This document shows, piece by piece, positions 48,033-58,100 of a stretch of DNA of 64,000 nucleotides. The translations under genes and the position numbers were made by a program. Every line of letters starts with the position of its first letter. Position 1 is the first letter of the stretch. The stretch lies in the IMG/VR virus record IMGVR_UViG_3300045988_111421; one strand, 5' to 3'. Below the pieces are notes generated by a model. That model ran no database searches, had not been told where the DNA came from, and was given only the letters and a program-made list of their open reading frames with translations. Source of the DNA: a virus.

Positions 48033-48256
48033 AATCTGTCCCCTCCTAATCCTGAATTGATGCTAACGTACTTAACACGGACATCATTTCCACGTCCAAG
48101 CTGACCCCAGCCGGGCGATGGCGTTCCCTTGGCCGGAGCAGGGACAGCCCTAAGCCGAGACCAGTCCTGCTTTTGCCTCATGGCTTCAGCCTCTTTGTAA
48201 TACCGGTTACACAGTTCTTGATCTTCGTAACCAGCGTAATCTTCCTTATTTTCCAT
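48029..48256 (-). CDS. Hypothetical protein (75 aa).
   Basis: ATGA overlap. Confidence 0.4.
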   Translation of the reverse strand: MENKEDYAGYEDQELCNRYYKEAEAMRQKQDWSRLRAVPAPAKGTPSPGWGQLGRGNDVRVKYVSINSGLGGDRL

Positions 48257-48326
48257 ATAGAATACTTTTTCAACAAAAGTACGACATTCATGTATTAATT
48301 AGATTTAAAATAAAACAATATGAATT

Positions 48327-48361
48327 AAAATAAAAACCCGATACGTTAAAATCGCATCGGG
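48327..48361 (-). terminator. Rho-independent-type terminator on the - strand: stem CCCGATGCG/CGTATCGGG (one mismatch), loop of 7, followed by TTTTTATTTT.
   Basis: Read directly from the reverse complement. Confidence 0.55.
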
Positions 48362-48384
48362 CCTGGTATTGAAAAAAAATAGGT

Positions 48385-48561
48385 TCAGATCTTGGGTAAA
48401 GATTCGAGCCAATTTTTAACATCTTTATATTTAGGGTCTTTGTCTATTCTATCTTTCAGTTCATGCAATGCTGAGTCCATAACCGTATTCGGTACGCCAA
48501 TCAACTCTCCTATTAAATACAATGGGGTTTTATTCGATTTAGATTCGTGTGCTATATTCAT
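48385..48561 (-). CDS. Small hypothetical protein (58 aa; MNIAHESKSNKTPLYLIGELIGVPNTVMDSALHELKDRIDKDPKYKDVKNWLESLPKI).
   Basis: Translated by hand. Directly upstream of the terminator at 48327-48361. Below the track cut-off. Confidence 0.35.
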   Translation of the reverse strand: MNIAHESKSNKTPLYLIGELIGVPNTVMDSALHELKDRIDKDPKYKDVKNWLESLPKI

Positions 48562-48649
48562 GTCAAAAAAAAAGTTATGTGAAACAAACCGGCCACGGGT
48601 ATTCTATTGCCCGCCGACCGGTATAATATTTTTATTCCTTTTTTTCCAA

Positions 48650-48675
48650 ACGGGAAAAACGGGAATGCGGGAATC
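48650..48675. repeat. Three CGGGAA units at 9-bp spacing (ACGGGAAAAACGGGAATGCGGGAATC) in a 470-bp non-coding gap. An imperfect palindrome GGATCT-CAGGTC-AGATCC lies just downstream.
   Basis: Read directly. Confidence 0.6.
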
Positions 48676-48725
48676 ATATTTTTTACTATGGCTCCCGCAC
48701 CACCGGAAGGACCTGGATCTGGATC

Positions 48726-49019
48726 TCAGGTCAGATCCTTCCAGTTTATTTTTTCGCCGAGGTAATCTTGCACGGCAAGCCATCTTATAAAGGCTACTCC
48801 TTCGGGAGCATCCGGATCATCCAAATACATTAACGTAGCTTTCACCAACTCGTTCTCACATTTGAAGACCTTCGGAAAACCATCCGAATAGTACATTGCA
48901 AAGACATATTGGACATCGCCCCATGTCGCTTTATCCGGCTTCTTCGCTCCGCACTTTTCAAAAATATCTTTTATTTCCGGCTGCTTCCAGATCCTCTTGG
49001 ATCCATCGACGTTGACCAT
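48726..49019 (-). CDS. Hypothetical protein (97 aa).
   Basis: ORF. Confidence 0.5.
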   Translation of the reverse strand: MVNVDGSKRIWKQPEIKDIFEKCGAKKPDKATWGDVQYVFAMYYSDGFPKVFKCENELVKATLMYLDDPDAPEGVAFIRWLAVQDYLGEKINWKDLT

Positions 49020-49112
49020 CTTCTTTACCGCCTCATCAGCGAGAGCATTAGAAAAATGGTAGCCGTAAGTATCTACATATTTCTGATAAGCTGGATCCTC
49101 TGCGTCTGCTCC

Positions 49113-49490
49113 TCAATAAGAACGACCTCTGCCACGTCCGCGACCTCTACGCATCTGAGGTCCGTCACCGTAGTATCTGTCGTCTCCATAGTAATCGGTC
49201 GGGTAGGATTCGTAACCCATCCTCCGGTATTCCCGGTCCTCCATTTCATGACGACGTTCGCGCTCTTCAAGCCTTCTTTCCCTTTCTTCCAGCTCGTTTT
49301 CGCGTTCTTCCATTTCCTTCATCTTCTCATGCATACCGTAATGATCATAAGGAGGAAGGAACCCATGTCCGTACTCCATGTACGTCCCATCAGAACGACG
49401 GCTTCTGCCTCTGCCTCCACCTCGCCTATCTTCTATCTCATCATATCCAGGATATTCTCTGTGTCCTGAATTTAAATCATATACTATCAT
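49113..49490 (-). CDS. Low-complexity Arg/Gly- and Glu/Arg-rich protein (125 aa). Has RGRGRGRGR termini and an EERERRLEERERR core.
   Basis: ORF in operon orientation. Overlapped by shorter ORFs in other frames, which I consider spurious. Confidence 0.45.
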   Translation of the reverse strand: MIVYDLNSGHREYPGYDEIEDRRGGGRGRSRRSDGTYMEYGHGFLPPYDHYGMHEKMKEMEERENELEERERRLEERERRHEMEDREYRRMGYESYPTDYYGDDRYYGDGPQMRRGRGRGRGRSY

Positions 49491-49497
49491 ATTATAC

Positions 49498-49851
49498 TTA
49501 TTTCAAACGTTCTACAATTAACTTCTTTAAATCTTCGAATGAATCAGTAAGGTCATTCACCTTATTTTCTATACCAGCTATTTTACGATCCTGCTCTCTC
49601 GTTTGTTTGAATGCCGGATTGATGTCTTCTAATATAGATTCACAAGCCTCTATCTTGGCACGATGGGCATCTACGCTATTTATTATGTCTTGACTGGTGT
49701 TTTTTATAGCATTCAGTTCGTTCATAATCGGATCTATGCTGGTAGATAATGTTATGCCCATAGCCTTAGCCACATTCTGGGATTCCGGGACCGTATAGGT
49801 CTTGGTTTCGCCAGTGAGCTCTACCGTCAGATCCACCACGCGGGTCTGCAT
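49498..49851 (-). CDS. Hypothetical protein (117 aa).
   Basis: ORF 8 nt upstream of the RG-rich gene. Confidence 0.5.
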   Translation of the reverse strand: MQTRVVDLTVELTGETKTYTVPESQNVAKAMGITLSTSIDPIMNELNAIKNTSQDIINSVDAHRAKIEACESILEDINPAFKQTREQDRKIAGIENKVNDLTDSFEDLKKLIVERLK

Positions 49852-50042
49852 CGCCTGATACTGACCTGGCTAAGGAGGAAGATACCTGGGTTCGGATACG
49901 GCTACTACCTTTCCCAATTCGTATTTAGGTACTGTATTAGTATCAAGGGTATGTACCTGAAACCCTTTCTTCAAATCTGAAAACATGATCAAAATATTAG
50001 TTAGGTGAAAATAGGGTGATGATCTTCATCACCCTACTGAAA

Positions 50043-50456
50043 TCATTTACCTGCTTTAACTTCAGACGCCTGGGCTGTTGTTGTCGGAACACAACAATCC
50101 ATTAATCTTAACACGCCACGAACTTTATTGAAGTACAGAAGGCGTTCTGTGCCATTTACCATAGCAGCACCCGTGACAGCTACGTTAATAGGGTTCACGA
50201 CATTCACTCCCGTAACCGGGCAACAGGTGTCGGCTCCTACTGTTGAAACTGTGCTGTTTGCCGGGACCGCAATCTGTACCGGTAGAGCACTTCCGGCTGT
50301 GGGGACTACTTGCCTTATCTTAAGAAGGATAAGACCCTCACACGGAAGGGCGATCCAAGCCCGTGGGTTAATACCGAAGACTGTATTTGTCGTACTGACA
50401 ATAACATTCTTCGTAACCATCTCATACAACGATCCTATTTTAGAAACACAAGCCAT
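50043..50456 (-). CDS. Hypothetical protein with Cys doublets (137 aa; CCPVTG, MDCCVP).
   Basis: ORF. Confidence 0.5.
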   Translation of the reverse strand: MACVSKIGSLYEMVTKNVIVSTTNTVFGINPRAWIALPCEGLILLKIRQVVPTAGSALPVQIAVPANSTVSTVGADTCCPVTGVNVVNPINVAVTGAAMVNGTERLLYFNKVRGVLRLMDCCVPTTTAQASEVKAGK

Positions 50457-50479
50457 ATTAGCCTCCTTTCTTAATAAAA

Positions 50480-51487
50480 TCAGACAGCAGCGTTGTTATT
50501 GCAACATCCGTTGTTACATCCGCATCCGTTATTACAGCAACCTCCTCCGAATACCTGTCCCCAAGTATAAGCCTGGTAAGGAGAACAAGAGGGGTAGGCC
50601 GGGACGGCCGTCGGGCGTAATTGACCAACGATATTCTGGGTTTGTTGCTGAGATAATGCCGAAGCTGTCAAAGCCGCTTTTTCTTCACGAAGTTGAGCAA
50701 TAGTGTTCTGCATCTCCCTCATTTCCAACTGACAGAATTTGTCGTTGATCATAACGGTTTGGGCGTCAAGTTTCGCAGACAAGATATTGAATTGGCTTGT
50801 AGCTTGCTCACGATTGTTAGCCAGACCTTGGTTGAGACCATTCTGCAAGATATTGGTTTGTTCCAACGTGCGAAGCTGGTTATCAAAACCTTGCTGAGTA
50901 ATCATTCCCTGAGTCTGGCAAGTGCTTTGATTGATCAACGAACTCAGATTGCAGCAGCAAGAGCTGATTTGATTTCCTATTTCACAACCTTGTTGTTGAA
51001 CTGCGTTGATAACAGCCTGAGAAGTCATACCTACCTGACCAGCTACTTTATCAATAGCACCCTGTACGTTGCAGATAGCGTTCTGAAGTTGAGTAGTAGA
51101 ACAGTTCAAAGCAGAAGCAATCTGATCTATGGCGCTACGATTACCTTGAATTGCCTGCATCAAAAGTTCACGACCGTAATCGTTATTCAACTGAGCCGGC
51201 AAACCATTGGCGCAACAATCACCGCCATTTCCAAAACCGTTACCGAAGCCGCGTCCACCCCACAGCCAGAACAAAACAATTATCCAGAGCCACCAACCGT
51301 TAGCCCCACCGAAACCGTCCTGGTTGTTACGACCGTTCATCAAAGCCGCCACCAGATTCAGATCCATTTTATTACCACCTATCAAATTAGCAAACATGCC
51401 GGGAATCATTGAAAGAAGACCGTTAGTGGCCGCACCACCACCGTTAGCCCCGGCTCCATCTAAAAGGACGATTTTATCACCACCCAT
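50480..51487 (-). CDS. Gly/Asn/Gln/Cys-rich low-complexity protein (about 336 aa from the ATG at 51487). One Trp-rich TM helix. C-terminal GGGCCNNGCGCNNGCCNNN tail.
   Basis: MGGDKIVLLDGAGANGGG start. WWLWIIVLFWLWGG. Multiple CxxxC/CCC motifs. The track ORF extended a further 25 codons upstream. Confidence 0.5.
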   Translation of the reverse strand: MGGDKIVLLDGAGANGGGAATNGLLSMIPGMFANLIGGNKMDLNLVAALMNGRNNQDGFGGANGWWLWIIVLFWLWGGRGFGNGFGNGGDCCANGLPAQLNNDYGRELLMQAIQGNRSAIDQIASALNCSTTQLQNAICNVQGAIDKVAGQVGMTSQAVINAVQQQGCEIGNQISSCCCNLSSLINQSTCQTQGMITQQGFDNQLRTLEQTNILQNGLNQGLANNREQATSQFNILSAKLDAQTVMINDKFCQLEMREMQNTIAQLREEKAALTASALSQQQTQNIVGQLRPTAVPAYPSCSPYQAYTWGQVFGGGCCNNGCGCNNGCCNNNAAV

Positions 51488-51562
51488 AATTTTATAGTAT
51501 TTAATTGTTAAACATACGTGCATGAAGCACGTAACAAAGACCATGATTGCAGGGTGGAACAA

Positions 51563-52240
51563 GGCTGAGTTTGTTTCCGATAAAATGGAAGGATTTTCAG
51601 TAAAAACGGAAATATAATATACAACGAGTAGTTTTCCCCATTTATGGGGAAAAATTGATAATCAGCAACTTTCGCTTTTCCTTTTTTGGGTAAAGCGCTG
51701 TAAATCAAAACAGGATCCGCATCACTGCGAATCCTGCCTCAACTAATCTAAACTAAAATACCATGAAAAACTTTTCCCTACTAAAACTAAAGAACGAACA
51801 AATGTATGAAAATACATGCTTTTCACAAAGAATCCGTATCCTGTTCTTTGGTATGGTTAAGTACATGGGATATAGTTCTGATACTTAATCCGGTTTGATT
51901 TTGTATCAGATTATAAATATAGGATTTTGAAACTACAGTTCTTAATTGACCTAAATCATTCATAATGTTTTTATACATAAGATGAATGCTGTTGTTACAT
52001 TTGATGGTACTGATTCTCATTTCCTACTGTTATTAGTTACGTTCGGTTCTTACTTTTCCCTATTTTCTATAATCCCTTCCTGAAACTAATATCGCAAACT
52101 TAACAAAAATAATTCATAAACAATGAAAATCTAACTTTTCTTGTATGTTATTGATATACGTACATATATGAGAAAAGTGAGACTTTCACAAGCCTCACTT
52201 TCCAAATCGTAATTATGAAAAAACTATATATATACAAAAA
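51563..52240. other. A 680-bp non-coding gap inside the - strand block. Contains hairpins TTTTCCCCA-TTTA-TGGGGAAAA, GGATCCGCA-TCAC-TGCGAATCC and AGTGAG-n12-CTCACT.
   Basis: No ORF over 66 codons in operon orientation. Inverted repeats read directly. Confidence 0.5.
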
Positions 52241-54517
52241 TTACCTGCATTCCAATTTATTAAGATCATCCAATTCAGACTTGCTTACGGTCATATCTTG
52301 CGTCAAGCCAGATCTGTTTTGGTATGGAGCGTAATCGGTTTCTACCGTCTTAGCCTTCTGAGTAGAATCGTATTTCACCTCCGATTCGGTTCCTGTTAGA
52401 TTTTGGTAGATAGAGCCGGAACTACTTTCGCCAACTTTAGTGAACACCATGTCTCCTATTCTGATAAAATTATCATACAAACCTTCTACGATAACATTAT
52501 CATCCTGCTTAGTTATGTTATGATCCCGAACCTCATTTAAGAGATTAGGATGTTTCGTAAAAAGATCGTGATAGAAATCAGAACCGGCATATAACATATC
52601 ATAATAATCCAAATAGAACAGATCTGTAAAAGAAGGATCGGTGCTGCTCATGCTATACTCAAATAACTGCTCACGATCATTACCTGCCAAAGATAGTTCA
52701 ATTTGTTTTAACGTATCCGGATCTGAAACGGTAAGACCCAGCAAATGATCTGGTTTAAAGTCAAGATACTTGTATGCCCCTTCGTACACTTCCGTATTAT
52801 GAAGCTTATTTTCAAGATAAGATTGGTATAAATCGAATAAGAGTAAAGGATTCTCTTTGTCCTGCTTTCTGTTTATGTATCGGCTAAACTCCCGTTCTTC
52901 ATTAACATACGGGCTTCCAGGAACAACAAGATGACCGAACGCCAATCTGGTAGCATTCATCTCTTCCGTATTCTGAGAATCGGTATAAGACAGGACGTAT
53001 TTTTTTATAGAATCAGCAAGGGCCTTACTATCTACGTTTTTCACGCGGAGCTTATCTAAAACACCATCTTTAAAACAATATCCAGGATAGATACCAGGTG
53101 GGAAATAAGTTAGACTCTGCTTGGCAAGCTCGGCAGCCATATCGTACAAATCACTTAAATTATCTCTTTCTACCTTATGATATAGGTTTCCACCAAGATA
53201 AAGCAGAGAATGATTTTCAAATGCCGATACCGGATCTATGTCAGATTCCATATAAACGATATTCATATTATCCATATACTCTGGCAGAAACATAACACGG
53301 CGATCCCTGCTATCTCCAAGAACATCATCAATAGCAGAAGCTAAGGTAGGAGCATAAGTGTCATCGTTGTGCCTTGCTACATAAATATCGAGATCCAACA
53401 TCAAGCTATCAATTTTATTCAGCGATTCTTCTGTTCCGTCATACGCCTTAGACACGCCTACGATATCTATACCAAGACCTACACAAGCCTCTTCTACGTC
53501 CCATATCATACTTCTAAGGTCTTCTTCTGTATCAGCATTAACCCTGTTTAGAAAGGCTGATATACGAGCTCGTAATGACTCAGATCCAATAGGGCTGTAA
53601 TAAGCATAATCTTGCAACTTTGATAATGACCGTCTCTTCCCTTCTACGATATTATTATCTTCTAAAGCCACAACCGGAACGATGTTCATATTCGAAAATT
53701 CGTTGAACAGCGACAAGGCAAAACTCTTATCCGACTGATATCTTTCAACTAACTCCGGATATGAATCAGATAAAGATTCGAAAGCAGCATCAAACTCTGA
53801 AGCAACACTAATACCTCCTACTGTATTTTTTATAACCTCGTAAACTTCAGCCGGATTATATGATGCTCTCTTTCCTAATTTATTGAAGACGCCATTTTTA
53901 TACACAACAGGACCGTATGGTTTTTCTACGGTTGTGAAGTAAGACTCTTTCCCGAGATCGTGTTCGTTATTGGAATAATCTAATAATAACCTCATAAAAG
54001 AGCTGACCTCATTAAGTACAGAAGGATTATCTAATATCCTACTTATTTCCGTCTCATTATACAAACCGGATCTCCTTAGATTTTCTTCATTTAGGATAAG
54101 ATTGCCATCCACATAAAAAGAGCTTCTAACTCTATTAATAAGAGATCGTATGCTATATATGGAATTGGATATCATAACATCTCTTACGTCCTTAACATCC
54201 TGAGCCGTTAAAGGATCGGAAAAATAAGCCTGACGCTTCATATACGACAGCACATCTTCTAAAAGAGGTTCGCCATTGGGATCGGTGTCAAACATCTCCC
54301 CTGGAGCCGGGTTATTCCAATGACCGTAATACGACAAAAAACCAGGAGTGTAAGCCTTAGCCCATACCTGAAGAGCCCGCTCGCTGTTTCCTAATACTTT
54401 TAAAGCACTTTCGTAAAGAACGGAAGGCTCCCCGTTAGGAGCCTTAACCCGTTTTATTTCATTTTCCTTTTTTTCTATCTGACATTTGACACCCATGGTG
54501 ATAAATATTTTAGACAA
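52241..54517 (-). CDS. Hypothetical virion-associated protein (758 aa).
   Basis: Long ORF. Confidence 0.7.
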   Translation of the reverse strand: MSKIFITMGVKCQIEKKENEIKRVKAPNGEPSVLYESALKVLGNSERALQVWAKAYTPGFLSYYGHWNNPAPGEMFDTDPNGEPLLEDVLSYMKRQAYFSDPLTAQDVKDVRDVMISNSIYSIRSLINRVRSSFYVDGNLILNEENLRRSGLYNETEISRILDNPSVLNEVSSFMRLLLDYSNNEHDLGKESYFTTVEKPYGPVVYKNGVFNKLGKRASYNPAEVYEVIKNTVGGISVASEFDAAFESLSDSYPELVERYQSDKSFALSLFNEFSNMNIVPVVALEDNNIVEGKRRSLSKLQDYAYYSPIGSESLRARISAFLNRVNADTEEDLRSMIWDVEEACVGLGIDIVGVSKAYDGTEESLNKIDSLMLDLDIYVARHNDDTYAPTLASAIDDVLGDSRDRRVMFLPEYMDNMNIVYMESDIDPVSAFENHSLLYLGGNLYHKVERDNLSDLYDMAAELAKQSLTYFPPGIYPGYCFKDGVLDKLRVKNVDSKALADSIKKYVLSYTDSQNTEEMNATRLAFGHLVVPGSPYVNEEREFSRYINRKQDKENPLLLFDLYQSYLENKLHNTEVYEGAYKYLDFKPDHLLGLTVSDPDTLKQIELSLAGNDREQLFEYSMSSTDPSFTDLFYLDYYDMLYAGSDFYHDLFTKHPNLLNEVRDHNITKQDDNVIVEGLYDNFIRIGDMVFTKVGESSSGSIYQNLTGTESEVKYDSTQKAKTVETDYAPYQNRSGLTQDMTVSKSELDDLNKLECR

Positions 54518-54537
54518 AGATAGTATAAAAATAGAAA

Positions 54538-54951
54538 TTATGAAACTTCTATTTCATAATGCGAAGCCTCTGTCTCAACTATCAATCTTCCCTCTCCTTC
54601 GAACTCAACGCTATCATTTCCTGGACCAGTAACAAAAGGGAAATCAGATACGGATGTTACATAATCTCCAGAACCACCGGAGAAAGACTGACTTTTACTT
54701 TGTTTGTAATTGATAGTCAATTGTGTTTTACCTATCTGAAGAGTTCCAGATAAATTTTTAGTATAAGTAGTGGTAGTTGTAATATCCCCATTTTTATAAC
54801 AATACATTATAAAGGTGGTAACCGGACTCTTTTTTATATTACTATCCGGACCTGCATGATAAGATTCATTTCCTCCAAATATGCTATAAATGTGACAATA
54901 AGGACCGACTCTTTTACTTGAAGTTTTAGCCTTATCCTCGACTCCTTTCAA
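54538..54951 (-). CDS. Hypothetical protein (137 aa).
   Basis: ORF. Confidence 0.5.
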   Translation of the reverse strand: MKGVEDKAKTSSKRVGPYCHIYSIFGGNESYHAGPDSNIKKSPVTTFIMYCYKNGDITTTTTYTKNLSGTLQIGKTQLTINYKQSKSQSFSGGSGDYVTSVSDFPFVTGPGNDSVEFEGEGRLIVETEASHYEIEVS

Positions 54952-55117
54952 AGATATAGTAACCTTACTCTTGTATTCAATATCCTTCCAATTACAGACT
55001 CCTTCACTTACGTTTCCAACAAACCTGTCATCAACATAAACCTCTATATTCCCTGCTGATTGGTCTTCAACTGATACTGAACAAGACTTGAAACATCTTC
55101 GTATCTCCTTCTCATAC

Positions 55118-58100
55118 TCAACACTCCTTATTTAACTCATTTATCGAATCCGAATTATCAGAACCTTCTACAAGATTCTTATTCCTATCTATCTCTTCCT
55201 GGCTCATATTACTAATCATATTTTGTATTTTCCTACCAGATTGAGATAAAGAACGGATGAATGCGCTGGAACTTATCTTAACTCCAAGATCCGGTTTTGC
55301 CCTAAACGCTTCACCGGTACTGATATTATACAAATCATACACACCTGAGTTCATATAGAATTTATATATCCAGTTTCCACCAGCTTTTTTGTACCCTAAT
55401 TTGGTTAACTCGACTACACTCATACCAAATTTAATGCCATTACGACCCATTATCTTCTCCGGTATAGGTTCTACCTTAGCCGGAACAGATGTATATGCTT
55501 CATCGCCGCCGTACAGGAAATAAGGGGTTGTCACCCTTGATATGTGAGTAAGCGACTCTTCGGATATACGAGGTTCGTCTTTCGCAGCCTTAGATCCTTT
55601 CCTTAGATTGGATATTCTAATAAAAGGATCGTATGTCAAAAAGGTTAAGCCGTATTCTACTTTATAACCTGATACGCCGTTAAGGTCCCTTATAGCCTTA
55701 GTCGTATGCGAGTGATTGATGGTGTCTATACCATACCTTGATTCCATATCGGTCATAATACTATTAACCTCATCTCCCTCTACATAAACCTCTTCTCCTT
55801 CCGGGATAGAGGTTATGCCGGCAGCCCTTCTAAGTAGCCATAAAGTAACTTCAGCAATGTCAGAGAACTTATCTCCGTTCTTCCTATAGTTATCTACTCT
55901 TCCTTCTTCAGATCCAGGTAATTCGACATTTCTTTCAACTTTGACATTTGTTCTGGATTGTCCTTTGCCTTCTCCATCTCCCTTTTTATCGCCATCTTCC
56001 TCAGTGCGTACTGCACCGCCTTCTGCACTTCCTTCTTTTCCATCATTTAAAATATTATCTGATTCTGACTCTATAGACTCCACGACAGCATCATACTCTG
56101 GTATGCCGCTAAGGAAATCTGCTACGTTATTCAAAAACTCTATTTTTTCCTCGTTTGTCATATCAAGGCTTTCCACGGGCTCCCATATGGCAGGCAAGTT
56201 GTTTGATTTTATTGCAGTAGAAACATCTTCTACAGTTTTATTATCCACCGTAGGCAAAACTTTAGAAACCAAACTATTGATATCAGATTCCATTTTTTCT
56301 ACTTCCTCTTTTGTGCCATATTTTTTTAGGGTATCCATGCCATTGACTCTAAGAGAATAATTCAAAGCCTTGCTTGGAACAAAATTAATATATTTCAAAA
56401 AGTTTTTCAACTCTGATATAATTTGTTCGTCAGATCTTGGCCCAACATAATCAACCACCACCTGATCTGTTTGAGAACGAAGCCAAGAAACGTATTCTTC
56501 TAAGGTCTTACCACCTTTACTGGAAGGAGTGGATATTTTATCACCTACTGTTCCTTTAGGTTCTAATCCCATTTCTTCCTTAAGGCTTTTAGGATTACCT
56601 CTCTCACGAAGAAACCTCAAATCACCTCCTACAATCTTCCTTGCTATAAAATCAAAAATATTAGCATAAGACGGCAATCCTTCTTTTTCTATATGAGATT
56701 CTATTTCGTTTAACATAAGAGAGAAGTTTTTCCTGGAGGTACGCTTCTTGCCAGGTAAAGACCGCGCAGCTTGTGCCGCAGGAGTCGGCTGAGCTAATGG
56801 CGCCGGCTGAGTCTCCCGGACAGCCCCTTCCTCTGGCATTTCCTCTTCATAAACATCCACGTCTTCTTTAGAAGTAACGGTCTTACCCTCATCAGAGAAA
56901 GGAAGATCATCCTCTATAAGCGATTTAGGTCTGGAAGATGATTTACCAAACTGAATCCTGATCTTAGGAGCAACAAACATCTCACCTTCGAAATCTATTC
57001 CAGATTCTACTTCAGACGTCACAATGTCTTTCACACTCCTACTTCCATCTTCTACCCACTTAACAACATCAGGAACTGTAGATAATTCTTCTATAGCCTC
57101 ACGAGCTTTTCTAAGACCTGAAATAGGATTCAAATACGATACTTGATACGAAGCCGGATCAAGACCTAACTTGGTTAGATACGCATTAAGATCTTGTATA
57201 TCATCTTGACCCATCTGTAGCAATTCAGAATCACCAGATTCAAGCAGCATATCTATAAAAGACATCCATTTCTGCCCTTCCTCTGATTCTACAGAACGTA
57301 GGCTAACTGGGAAAAGATAATTAAGACCGTTTTTACCTTTGATGACGACTACCGGAACTCTTACATTTTTGTAATTATTCCCCTTGTCATTTAATATAGA
57401 ATAAGCAAATGGGAAGCCTGTGTATTTAGATCCGTTCTTAAGCACGACTTTGCCATTTAATACATATCCAACATCAGATACTTTTTCAGCACCTTTTTCG
57501 GTAATAGGGAGATTTTCTATCTGGCCATATCCTTGACCGCTCACCTTCATGTTAAACACCGGTCTTCCGGGAAGGGTCTGGGCAACAACATGCGTGCCGA
57601 CGCCGATGGTAGCCGACCGGCCGGCGTCCTTCTTCCACTTGTTAAAAGCCGTTCTTCTTATTTTACTTATACCATCTATGCCTCCTGTATCAGCTTTTAC
57701 AACAGAAACGAATCTGTTCCCACTCATGACCTTGATAACCATATTGGACACCAGTTTATTTTCAGCAGATTCTATTCTTTTTTTATCGCCGGACTGAACA
57801 GCATCATTGTATTCGGCAAAAAGAGACTGATTATAAGTATCATTTACATCTATTTCGAGATTAACCTTATCTCCTTTTTTCAAAGAAGATAATGCTTCCT
57901 GATCTATTTTATCTACCTCATTCTCTCCGAATCCGACACCCGTTCTGTACGGAACCAATTCATCTGAATCAAGACGCTTATAAACCAAAGAATAGGAATT
58001 ACCCACGTCCTGAATAGACACGTCTGTGTAACGGTTAAGAACACGAGCCGATTCTTTGTCTATAGACCATCTCGCATGATAAGGCAGTTCAATTATAGTA

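Noticed and set aside
48392-48790. The 132-aa + strand ORF in the 48.3-48.7 kb gap.
   Set aside because: It has the wrong orientation for the block, a low-complexity translation, and overlaps the 3' end of the - strand gene 48726..49019. A hand-found - strand 58-aa ORF plus terminator explains the region better.
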